Virus record (IMG/VR): IMGVR_UViG_3300003860_000007
Location: 1 to 64,000 of that record
DNA length: 64,000 bases
Strand: one strand, 5' to 3'
DNA from: a virus
Under the pieces are notes generated by a model. It did not search any database. It saw nothing but the letters and a program-made list of their open reading frames with translations, and had not been told where the DNA came from. The translations under genes and the position numbers were made by a program. Shown here piece by piece: positions 25,106 to 33,233 of the stretch (positions within the stretch are counted from its first letter, which is position 1; the number at the start of each line of letters is the position of its first letter).

Positions 25106-25764
25106 TTTATATTAAATATTTTTTCATAATTTTGAATATCTGATAAAAATATCATTTCAATATTATTATAATTACTCAAAATATATCTCATTTTCTTTTT
25201 ATCTTCTTCTTCATATCTTCCTTTAACTTCAAAGAACTTTTTTAAATTTGGACACCAAAAATCTGGATAATATGTGTGAATTTCCCCGAATTCATTTGTC
25301 CAAGATAAACCATCAGAAAAAGGCTTTATCCAATCTTTATCTATAATATTTAAAATAACTGCGAAACGTTTTTCATAGGTTCCTTGTACTTTTATCTTTG
25401 TTCCATCAGGTTTTATAATTTCATACCATTTACATTTTCCGCCAGTTATCCATCCTTTATTATTTATAGATATTTTTCTTTTTGTTTCTAAATCTCTTGG
25501 ACCATTTTTTCTTCCTTTCAATTTAGAAGGTCTTCCTTTTTTAGTATCCCAAACTCTATTTTCAGAATGAATAGCCCAAATATGAAATTTTACGCCTCTA
25601 GGATTATCATATTCTTTTTCACATATTGGACATTTATGAAAACCATTAGGTTGTTTATAAATATTAACTTTATTTTGTCTATTACCACATTTTTCATAAT
25701 GTTTCTTAAAATTTGATAAACTTATTTCTTTATTACATTTATCACAAATTCTTTTATTTACCAT
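25099..25764 (-). CDS. Zinc-finger + PD-(D/E)xK-fold nuclease-like protein; paralog of the truncated gene at 1..647
   Basis: CDKCNKEIS...KKHYEKCG, CPICEKEY...HIWAIH, C-terminal YYPDFWCPNLKKFFEVKG; sits inside the tRNA cluster. Confidence 0.5.
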   Translation of the reverse strand: MVNKRICDKCNKEISLSNFKKHYEKCGNRQNKVNIYKQPNGFHKCPICEKEYDNPRGVKFHIWAIHSENRVWDTKKGRPSKLKGRKNGPRDLETKRKISINNKGWITGGKCKWYEIIKPDGTKIKVQGTYEKRFAVILNIIDKDWIKPFSDGLSWTNEFGEIHTYYPDFWCPNLKKFFEVKGRYEEEDKKKMRYILSNYNNIEMIFLSDIQNYEKIFNIKL

Positions 25765-25888
25765 ATTTTTATTTTATATATTCATATAGTAATTCTTTAA
25801 TTTACTACTTAATGTAACACTTGTTCATTACTACATTGCTGAGAAAGCCGAAAAGTGTGTAATTAGCTTTTAACTTTTCCCCCATTTG

Positions 25889-25971
25889 AGACCGAGAAGG
25901 GATTCGAACCCTTGTGAGCTTTCGCTAATGGTTTTGCAGACCATCCTTTTCAACCACTCAAGCACTCAGTC
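25889..25971 (-). tRNA. Type-II (Ser-like) tRNA with anticodon GCA (Cys codons)
   Basis: Acceptor GACTGAG/CTCGGTC, Ser-type D-arm CTT-GAGTGGTTGAA-AAG, anticodon arm ATGGT-CTGCAAA-ACCAT (perfect 5-bp stem), about 14-nt variable arm TAGCGAAAGCTCAC, T-arm AAGGG-TTCGAAT-CCCTT. Confidence 0.45.
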
Positions 25972-26003
25972 AAATTTTATTCCAATATTTCAAATAACTT
26001 ATA

Positions 26004-26045
26004 ATGCAAATATAATACTAATTTCTGAATTAAAAAAATATTTTT
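26004..26045 (-). promoter_or_regulatory. Copy of conserved promoter-like motif (upstream of tRNA 25889..25971)
   Basis: atgcaaatataatactaatttctgaattaaaaaaatattttt. Confidence 0.45.
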
Positions 26046-26158
26046 GCATTTATTTTCTATTTTTTTTACTTATCTTAAAAATTGTATACAAATATAAACA
26101 ATAATCTTGATATAAAAAAATAATTTAACACTTATTTTAAAGAACTATATAAACAAAG

Positions 26159-26183
26159 AACCCTCCGTATTTTGGAGGGTTCA
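26159..26183. terminator. Hairpin terminator-like (GAACCCTCC-GTATTTT-GGAGGGTTC)
   Basis: 9-bp perfect inverted repeat. Confidence 0.5.
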
Positions 26184-26413
26184 GAAAGGAGTATATAATA
26201 AATGATATTATTACCTACGCTTAACTATTCCCTCCGTTTTAACAAAATAACATAACGGTAGCTGCTCGCTAACTTGTGGGAGTTGTTGTGAAAAAGAAGA
26301 ATATGTAGGTTTCAATATCATCACTTAATATTTCTTAATTTTAATATATATCAATGTATATTTGTAAATTATATATACTGAATGCAAAAAGTTTTAAAAA
26401 AATGAAAAATAAT

Positions 26414-26635
26414 TTAATCATTAAAAATTTTAACCAAATATAATGCTTCTTGTCTTTGTAAAAGTTCTTCATTTAATCTATCATGCAGATCTTCTATATT
26501 TACTAAACCATTCTTTTTGGCTGCTTTAACGTAATTATTTATTAGAACCTTACAATTAGTTATCTGATCTTCATTTTGACAAGAATTTATAATTCCTAAT
26601 ATTTTTTTAACTGGTACAGAATTTTTATTTTTCAT
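26414..26635 (-). CDS. Hypothetical protein
   Basis: ORF track only. Confidence 0.3.
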   Translation of the reverse strand: MKNKNSVPVKKILGIINSCQNEDQITNCKVLINNYVKAAKKNGLVNIEDLHDRLNEELLQRQEALYLVKIFND

Positions 26636-26652
26636 GGCATTATATAATTTTT

Positions 26653-27051
26653 TTATTTCATTGTTATCTTATACGTGTGACTATCATCTAAAGAATACGG
26701 AGTTCCTCTTCTAGTATAAACACGAACTTCATAAATTCTATCAGACATATTTACACTACTAAAGTCTAATTTTATTTTAACTACTTCTATAGAAATATTT
26801 TTAGCCCATTTATATGTGTTAAAATTAAAAAAATCACCCGTTATTATTTTTCCTAATAATTTTTGTTTAAATAATTTGCGTAATTGAGCACGTCTTTTTT
26901 TAATTATAGTACTAATGTCTTTTTGTACATTTGTATAATATATTTCATTTTGATCTCTTAAAATAAAATTCTCTTTGTATCCTATACCCATATCTTTTAC
27001 TGGATCGGAATCTTCAACAAATTTTTCATTTATATGTTCTTTAACTATCAT
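26653..27051 (-). CDS. Member of conserved-N-terminal-module family (tandem paralog 1 of 3)
   Basis: MIVKEHINEKFVEDSDPVKDMGIG...KLLGKIITGDFFNF... Confidence 0.6.
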   Translation of the reverse strand: MIVKEHINEKFVEDSDPVKDMGIGYKENFILRDQNEIYYTNVQKDISTIIKKRRAQLRKLFKQKLLGKIITGDFFNFNTYKWAKNISIEVVKIKLDFSSVNMSDRIYEVRVYTRRGTPYSLDDSHTYKITMK

Positions 27052-27054
27052 AAT

Positions 27055-27470
27055 TTAAATCATTCTTAATGTATACATATTTTTGTAGTCTTCTAAAACA
27101 AAAGAATTTCCATCTTCATCATATACGCGAACTTCAGAAAGAGTATCACACCCATATCCATCATGAAAACTTACTCTTATTCTAACTACATTTACAGTTT
27201 TATTTTTTAGTGGTCTATAATAATCTCCTTTTTTAACTAAAAAAGTTCCTGTCATTTCTTTACCAACTAGTTTTTCTTTTAATTCTTTACGTAAAGTTTT
27301 TCTATATTTTTCTACTATCTTTTGAAATTGTTGATATGTGTATGAACCATATTCTTTTTTTGTTTAGAAAAATCATATTCTTCCTTATGACCTATACCCA
27401 TTTGACGAATAGGATCACCTTCTTCTTTAAACTTTTCAAATATATGTTCTTTAACTATCATGCGGGTATT
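27055..27470 (-). CDS. Member of conserved-N-terminal-module family with frameshift in an A7 run (tandem paralog 2 of 3); possible pseudogene or slippery site
   Basis: Minus strand reads MIVKEHIFEKFKEEGDPIRQMGIGHKEEYDFSKQKK. After caaaaaaag the co-linear frame switches to the ORF-track ORF 27055..27255 (...KLVGKEMTGTFLVKKGDYY...). The original frame hits TAG TAG. Confidence 0.45.
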
Positions 27471-27748
27471 CTCCAATGTGTTTTTAAAAATTCTTCTTCA
27501 GTATTAAAAGTTGTTATATCAATATTTTTTGTTATTATAAAATTATACCATAATTGTTCCCATTGATCAACATTTTGTAATTTTCCTGCTTTGTGTCTTT
27601 TCATTAGATCTTTTACATAATTCCAATTATTTATAATTTCTAAAACAGTTTCATTATGAATTATATATTCAGGCACGGACTGTTGAGCTTGCATATTTTG
27701 TTGTCCTGGTCCAAAGAACGCTTGAAAAAAATGTGGTGGTTGTTGCAT
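27458..27748 (-). CDS. Hypothetical Gln-rich protein
   Basis: ORF track only. Confidence 0.3.
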   Translation of the reverse strand: MQQPPHFFQAFFGPGQQNMQAQQSVPEYIIHNETVLEIINNWNYVKDLMKRHKAGKLQNVDQWEQLWYNFIITKNIDITTFNTEEEFLKTHWRIPA

Positions 27749-27755
27749 ATTTATT

Positions 27756-28148
27756 TTATTTAGCTGTTATTACATATTCTTGTTCACCCCAACTAGAGGT
27801 ATTCATATTATATTTTCTTCCTTTATTTGATGTTACTATTAATTCTCTTACATATCCATAATCTAAATCTACTACAACTTCAACACTTTTTATTAATAAT
27901 GATCTTGTCATTTCTTTATATTCTGTAAAAAAATCACCCGTCACAATTTTTCCAACAAATTTTTCACTCAGTTCTTTTTGTAATGAACTTTCCATTATTT
28001 TTAAAAGTTTTCTTTTTTCTTTATTAAATTTTTTCGCGTGAGTTGTACATAACACTTCCATATCAATTTTTTCTTTGTATCCTATACCCATATCGTGTAT
28101 AGGATCAGATTGTTCCTGAAATTTTTCAAATATGAAGTGAGCTTTCAT
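27756..28148 (-). CDS. Member of conserved-N-terminal-module family (tandem paralog 3 of 3)
   Basis: MKAHFIFEKFQEQSDPIHDMGIG...KFVGKIVTGDFFTEYK... Confidence 0.6.
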   Translation of the reverse strand: MKAHFIFEKFQEQSDPIHDMGIGYKEKIDMEVLCTTHAKKFNKEKRKLLKIMESSLQKELSEKFVGKIVTGDFFTEYKEMTRSLLIKSVEVVVDLDYGYVRELIVTSNKGRKYNMNTSSWGEQEYVITAK

Positions 28149-28153
28149 TTAGA

Positions 28154-28930
28154 TTATTTTATTTTGAATAATTTTCTAAATAATCCTCGTGATGCTTTAT
28201 GAGCATCTGCTTTTGCTGATAGATTTTCAGGATTTGAATCAGCATCAATAGCAGTCCAAACTTCCCACTGAAATCCCCATTCAGCAAAAGGAAAATAAGT
28301 ATATCCTTGATCGCCCCATTCTGCTGTCCATGAATTTCTAATAATAAATTTATCTTTAAGATATCCAGCAACACAAACTGCATGTCCACCTAACATTTCT
28401 TGACCAGTAAAATCTGGTTTCCAAAAATCCATTTTATCTGAATTAAATACTGGAAATGCAATATAACAAGGTCCATTAGCAAATAAAGCTTTTTTAAGTG
28501 AATCTACTGTATTGATTTGAGCATATCCTTGAATTTTATATTTAGCTGCTTTAAATTTTAATTCTGGCGTAATAGCTTTAAATTGTCCATAAGGATAATC
28601 TTTTTCTGTAACAATTCCAATCTTATATAAAATATCCATTGTATCTCTTGGTGTCATTCCAGAAGATTCTTGATTTGATCTTAAATTATATACAAATTGA
28701 GGTGATAAATATTCTCTAAGTTCAACATCTGTTAATTCTTCCCATTCTTTAAGTGCTGCTGCAGTTTGTGCAGAGCATGTACCTTGCTGACCTTGATCTC
28801 TTACTGGTCTCATTTGAGGTCTCAAATCCCATATTTCTGGAAGAACTACTCTGTTAGGATATATTGATTCTAACATAAAGTCCCTTTTATCTACGGGAGA
28901 TTTTTCAAGATTAAATAAATACTTTTGCAT
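28154..28930 (-). CDS. Papain-like (C1 family) cysteine peptidase
   Basis: Catalytic Cys context DQGQQGTCSAQTAAAL; His/Asn region LGGHAVCVAGY...IIRNSWTAEWGDQGY. Confidence 0.7.
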   Translation of the reverse strand: MQKYLFNLEKSPVDKRDFMLESIYPNRVVLPEIWDLRPQMRPVRDQGQQGTCSAQTAAALKEWEELTDVELREYLSPQFVYNLRSNQESSGMTPRDTMDILYKIGIVTEKDYPYGQFKAITPELKFKAAKYKIQGYAQINTVDSLKKALFANGPCYIAFPVFNSDKMDFWKPDFTGQEMLGGHAVCVAGYLKDKFIIRNSWTAEWGDQGYTYFPFAEWGFQWEVWTAIDADSNPENLSAKADAHKASRGLFRKLFKIK

Positions 28931-28939
28931 ATTATTAAA

Positions 28940-29461
28940 TTATTTTAATTTATCTACTACACTTTTTATTTTTTCTGCGCTTTTTATAATGTGATCTAAT
29001 GTATCTAAAAAATATTGATTAACTGGAGTATACTTATTACGAAAATCTACTGATGATCTTTTGTCTCCTGGCATAATTTCTTTATCTTGCCATATATTAT
29101 ATACTGGTTCAAAATATATTTTTATTGTTCTATATGAATATGAACTTGGAATGCCTGCACCTGTCACTCTATATAATGCCGTAATTATATCTGGAAATTT
29201 TACATCATCTTCATACCATAATTGATTAGCGCCTTGTTTTACACAAAATTTAATAAGATTTATTCTTTCAAATGTATTTTCTGCATAATGAGTTACTCCG
29301 ATTACTAATATATCATTATATGTTGATTGAGAAGTAATTTCTTCTCTAGAGTATTCCGGAAATTTTTTTAATATTTGAGCAAGTGGACCAATACCCATGT
29401 CTTTAATAGGATCTGATTCTTCAGAGAATTTTTCATTAAGATATTCACGTACACGGTCCAT
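28940..29461 (-). CDS. Member of conserved-N-terminal-module family
   Basis: MDRVREYLNEKFSEESDPIKDMGIG. Confidence 0.6.
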   Translation of the reverse strand: MDRVREYLNEKFSEESDPIKDMGIGPLAQILKKFPEYSREEITSQSTYNDILVIGVTHYAENTFERINLIKFCVKQGANQLWYEDDVKFPDIITALYRVTGAGIPSSYSYRTIKIYFEPVYNIWQDKEIMPGDKRSSVDFRNKYTPVNQYFLDTLDHIIKSAEKIKSVVDKLK

Positions 29462-29502
29462 GAAGAGATTTTTTATTATATATTCATAGTCCAGAACAGC
29501 AA

Positions 29503-29536
29503 AAAACCCTTAGAATCATCTAAGGGTTTTATTTTT
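29503..29536. terminator. Hairpin terminator (AACCCTTAGA-loop-TCTAAGGGTT with T-runs on both sides)
   Basis: 10-bp perfect inverted repeat followed by TTTTATTTTT. Confidence 0.55.
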
Positions 29537-29554
29537 GAGATAAGGAATACTATT

Positions 29555-29640
29555 TCTTATCAGGTTTTGGTGTCTCTGAATTGCTTGGAAGCATCTTAGT
29601 AAGATCTTCAGGCTTCATTCCAATGAATTAAAAAAATTTA
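29555..29640 (-). pseudogene. Orphan duplicate of the 3' end of the flotillin gene (about 24 codons)
   Basis: Minus strand encodes IGMKPEDLTKMLPSNSETPKPDKK*, matching the flotillin C-terminus IGVKPEDAIAMLKPKTEVDKK* at 30426..30490. The nucleotide similarity is visible. The HNH gene lies between the two copies. Confidence 0.55.
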
Positions 29641-29691
29641 ATGCATTAAGTACCTCAAAAAATTAAATTTTCATTAATATATAAAATAAAG

Positions 29692-30396
29692 ATGAACTAC
29701 CAAAAAATTTATGAATCTATAATTCAAAAAGCTAAATCTGAAAATAGAGTAAAACACAAAGAAGTATATTATGAAAATCATCATATTATGCCTAAATGTT
29801 TAGGTGGAAATAACGATATATCAAATTTAATTTTATTAACGGCAAAAGAACATTTTATATGTCATAAATTATTAACATATATTTATCCAACGAATAGAAA
29901 AATAATATGTGCTTTACATATGATGACATATTCTTGTAATGAAAATTCTATTAAATCTTCAAGAGATTATAAATTTGTAAAAGAGCTTTTATCAGATAAT
30001 AGTAAAGGAAAAAAACATCCTATGTTTGGAAAACATCATTCAGAAGATGCAATAAATAAAATGAAAAAACCACATAAAAAATATTCGAAAGATTATATGT
30101 TAAGCTTAAAAGAAATTCGTAAAGGAGAAAAAAATCCTATGTATGGCAAAAAACAAACTAAAGAATCAAATGAAAAAAATTCTCAATCTCATATAGGAAA
30201 AAAACATACAACAGAAAGTAAGAAAAAAATGTCTATAACTCGTATATCAAAACATTTTAAACATACAGAACAAACAAAAAAGAAACAAGGAGAATGGCAA
30301 AAAGGAAAAACATATATAGAACTATATGGAGAAGAAAAGGCATCACAAATGAAAGAAAAACAAAGACTTGCTAAATTACAAAAAAATAGGAAGTAA
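29692..30396 (+). CDS. HNH homing endonuclease with C-terminal K/H-rich NUMOD-like repeats
   Basis: YENHHIMPKCLGGNNDISNLILLTAKEHFICH is the HNH core; its close paralog is at 37143..37844. Confidence 0.85.
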   Translation: MNYQKIYESIIQKAKSENRVKHKEVYYENHHIMPKCLGGNNDISNLILLTAKEHFICHKLLTYIYPTNRKIICALHMMTYSCNENSIKSSRDYKFVKELLSDNSKGKKHPMFGKHHSEDAINKMKKPHKKYSKDYMLSLKEIRKGEKNPMYGKKQTKESNEKNSQSHIGKKHTTESKKKMSITRISKHFKHTEQTKKKQGEWQKGKTYIELYGEEKASQMKEKQRLAKLQKNRK

Positions 30397-30425
30397 TTAC
30401 TTCCTATTTTTAAATAAATTTAATT

Positions 30426-31985
30426 TTATTTTTTATCTACTTCTGTTTTTGGTTTAAGCATAGCTATTGCGTCTTCTGGTTTTACTCCTATAAAATTTAA
30501 TAAAGATGTCATATCGAAACCTGTTCCTTTTAAACCTTCAAACATTTTAGTAAGTACTTCTACTGGTATAGTTCCAAATTTTGATGTAGCAGAACCTCCT
30601 TCTTTTCCAGATCCAAAATCTACTATTTTAATATCTTTAACATTTCCGAGATGTGATGTACTTGCTGCCATAACTCCTGCAAATTCTTTTATAACATTTG
30701 GTCCAAGAGTTTGAAGAGCTGACAAAACTTCTAAAAAACGGCCAGTTTGATCAAGTTTTGCATAAGCTTCAGCTTTTTCCAATGTACCTTTAGCTTCTGC
30801 AGAAAGTTTAGCATAAATTGCATTACCTTCAGCCTGTCCTTTTTTCGTAATAATAGCAGCTTCACCCTCAGCTTCTGCATTCTTTTTCAACACAATTGCC
30901 TTAGCTTCACCTTCTGCTTTAATACGCTGTGCTTCTCTTTGTCCTTCAGCTTCAAGAATATAAGCCTGTTTTGCCGCATCTGCATTAATGATTTTCTGTT
31001 GTTTTTGAGCTTCAGCTGGAACAATCATTTCAGCTTCATATTGTTTCTGAGTTTTAAGAGCTCTTTGTTCTTGAACAGCAATATTAGCCTTTTCTGCTGC
31101 AGCTTCTGTAGCTGCTCTTGCTTCTACTACATTTTTCATTGCCTGTGCTTGAGATAAAGGACCAGCCTGATTTGCAATTTCATTCTGTCTATCAGTTTCA
31201 GCCTTCATTTCAGCCTTCCTTACATTCATACTTCTATTAGCTTCTGCAATCTTCATTTCATTCTGGTTTGCAGCTTCAACTGCTAGTCTATTAGCATCAG
31301 TTGTTTTGATTGTAGAATCTCTCAAAGCTTCTGCAGTACCAATTTCTGCGTCTCTCTTGATTTCAGCAGTTCTTTTCTTACCAAGGTTAATAATATAACC
31401 ATCTTTATCAGTTACATTCTGAATGTTAAGAGAATCTACAGTAATACCAAGTTTCTTAAAATCTTCTGATGCATCTTCAAGAACAGCCTGATTAAGTTTT
31501 TGCTTGTCACCGATTAATTCTTCAATAGTCATTTTACCTACTACAGAACGAAGGTGACCTTCAAGATTTTGAAAAATAATTTTATCAACTTCATCATCAT
31601 CTTTTCCAAGGAATCTTTCAACTGCGATTTCCAATAGTGCTTTATCACTTGAGAATTTAGTATTAGCTACGCCTTCTACGGTTGTCATAACTCCGTTTTT
31701 ATTAGGTGCATTATCCACCTTTATGTTAATTACTCGGTTAGACAAATCCATCATCTGTACTTCTTCCAAAAAAGGAAGCTTAAATACACCGCCACCTGTG
31801 ATAAGACGATATCCTTTCGTGCCACCGCCCGCGGCTTTATTTTTTCTACCATAAAGAACAGCAGCTTTATTAGGAGCGATTCGAATATAGTTTTTTACTA
31901 GTATGGCTATTAATCCTACTAAAACTATAATGGAAACAAGCGTGATAGCTGCAACAACTAACATTGATTTTGCTTCTGGGTTCAT
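30426..31985 (-). CDS. SPFH / band-7 flotillin-like membrane protein
   Basis: N-terminal TM segment, SPFH-like core, and a long Ala/Glu/Lys-rich coiled-coil with EA repeats, as in FloT/YuaG. Confidence 0.75.
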   Translation of the reverse strand: MNPEAKSMLVVAAITLVSIIVLVGLIAILVKNYIRIAPNKAAVLYGRKNKAAGGGTKGYRLITGGGVFKLPFLEEVQMMDLSNRVINIKVDNAPNKNGVMTTVEGVANTKFSSDKALLEIAVERFLGKDDDEVDKIIFQNLEGHLRSVVGKMTIEELIGDKQKLNQAVLEDASEDFKKLGITVDSLNIQNVTDKDGYIINLGKKRTAEIKRDAEIGTAEALRDSTIKTTDANRLAVEAANQNEMKIAEANRSMNVRKAEMKAETDRQNEIANQAGPLSQAQAMKNVVEARAATEAAAEKANIAVQEQRALKTQKQYEAEMIVPAEAQKQQKIINADAAKQAYILEAEGQREAQRIKAEGEAKAIVLKKNAEAEGEAAIITKKGQAEGNAIYAKLSAEAKGTLEKAEAYAKLDQTGRFLEVLSALQTLGPNVIKEFAGVMAASTSHLGNVKDIKIVDFGSGKEGGSATSKFGTIPVEVLTKMFEGLKGTGFDMTSLLNFIGVKPEDAIAMLKPKTEVDKK

Positions 31986-32017
31986 TTGTTTATTTGTATT
32001 TAGTTAATATAAGAAAT

Positions 32018-32542
32018 TTAGATTTTTTCAACGATAAGTAAACCTTCTTGTGCTTCAATAACTTTAACAGTTTGGCTTTTTCTTAAAGGCTTGTCACTTT
32101 TATCTTTACATGTATAATATAAATTATCTACATAAATTTCACCAAGACCTTGATCGCCTGAAGCAATTGTTATAGTTCCTGATTTTCCTACAAGATTTTT
32201 TGCATCTTTCACTTCTCCTGCCTGTTGACTATAAAAGGCTTTAATTATTAGAAAAGCAAAAAACATCATTACAAATCCTATTAAAAATCCCAAGAATAGT
32301 TGTCCGCCTATACTCCAATTAAGAAGAGTTTTAGCACATATACCAGCTACTCCAAATCCTGCTAGAAAAGCAGAAATAGTACGAATAGAAAATAGACCAG
32401 GAGAATCTGTGTCTGTATCTGCATGTCCATCAAAATCGTGATGGAAATCAAAATGTGTATCAAAATCGTGGTCTATGCCACCGAAGATTGCTAGAGAAAA
32501 TACTACCAATCCTACAATAAGAAATACTAAATAAAGTGTCAT
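32018..32542 (-). CDS. NfeD-like membrane protein with C-terminal OB-fold (SPFH partner)
   Basis: Multi-TM N-terminus plus a soluble beta-rich C-terminus; immediately upstream of the SPFH gene in the canonical nfeD-spfh order. Confidence 0.55.
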   Translation of the reverse strand: MTLYLVFLIVGLVVFSLAIFGGIDHDFDTHFDFHHDFDGHADTDTDSPGLFSIRTISAFLAGFGVAGICAKTLLNWSIGGQLFLGFLIGFVMMFFAFLIIKAFYSQQAGEVKDAKNLVGKSGTITIASGDQGLGEIYVDNLYYTCKDKSDKPLRKSQTVKVIEAQEGLLIVEKI

Positions 32543-32572
32543 TTTTCGTTTGTTTTTAATTATTAAATGTTA

Positions 32573-32610
32573 TGTAAATATAAACATTATTCTTGATGTG
32601 AAATAATAGT
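32573..32610 (-). promoter_or_regulatory. Degenerate copy of conserved promoter-like motif
   Basis: atgtaaatataaacattattcttgatgtgaaataatag, upstream of 32018..32542. Confidence 0.35.
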
Positions 32611-32631
32611 TTTTGTTAATGTTATGTTAAT

Positions 32632-33231
32632 TTATTTAGTTATTTTTTCTTCAACTGTCATTGATAACATATCTGCGCAATGTATAAGTCTTACTAATGG
32701 ATGATCTATAGCTGTATTGTATGCGTAATTCTGAGGAGAATTTGCAAAGTTAACACTCATTTCAGTAGCACCCATATGCCATCTTATTGCCATTGCTTCT
32801 GCATCTGTAAGTTTCATATATTTTGAAATTAAATGTACGCTTTTTTCTCCATGTCCATACGGAAACTTATCTTCTACAACATAAGCAAGATATTTTTCCC
32901 ATTTATCTTCTGTATTTTTTCTAAATTTTTCTTGTTGTTTATAATAATTTGTTTTACAAACATCATGAAATAATGCAGAAATGATAACAGATTCTTTAAG
33001 ATATTCTAAATCTGGTTTATTACTAATAATAAAATTAAAATTATGAAGTGCAAATTTAAGCACTAACATAGTATGGTCAAGTAAACCTCCTTCATAGTTT
33101 CCATGAAATTTTGTAGAAGCAGGAGCTGTATAAAAATCGGTATCTGTTTGTAACCAATTTAACAATTCAGTTATTCCCGGTCTTGTAATAAAGGATACTG
33201 CTTGATTAAATCCTTCTCTTGATGGTGTCAT
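32632..33231 (-). CDS. HD-domain phosphohydrolase
   Basis: H...HD pattern: LLDHTMLVLKFALHN and SALFHDVCK. Confidence 0.55.
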   Translation of the reverse strand: MTPSREGFNQAVSFITRPGITELLNWLQTDTDFYTAPASTKFHGNYEGGLLDHTMLVLKFALHNFNFIISNKPDLEYLKESVIISALFHDVCKTNYYKQQEKFRKNTEDKWEKYLAYVVEDKFPYGHGEKSVHLISKYMKLTDAEAMAIRWHMGATEMSVNFANSPQNYAYNTAIDHPLVRLIHCADMLSMTVEEKITK

Positions 33232-33233
33232 TT

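Noticed and set aside
30747-31157. Plus-strand ORF 30747..31157 antisense to the flotillin gene, and similar antisense ORFs (8314..8529, 10725..10919, 13423..13617, 16118..16306, 17919..18113, 19925..20113, 20433..20693, 22682..23017, 27336..27566, 33529..33792, 36315..36664, 39429..39707, 41860..42090, 43890..44111, 46625..46849, 49493..49795, 53574..53768, 53920..54126, 59183..60106, 63624..63821)
   Set aside because: All are embedded in or antisense to better-supported genes or tRNAs and show Cys/Phe/Ser-rich low-complexity translations.
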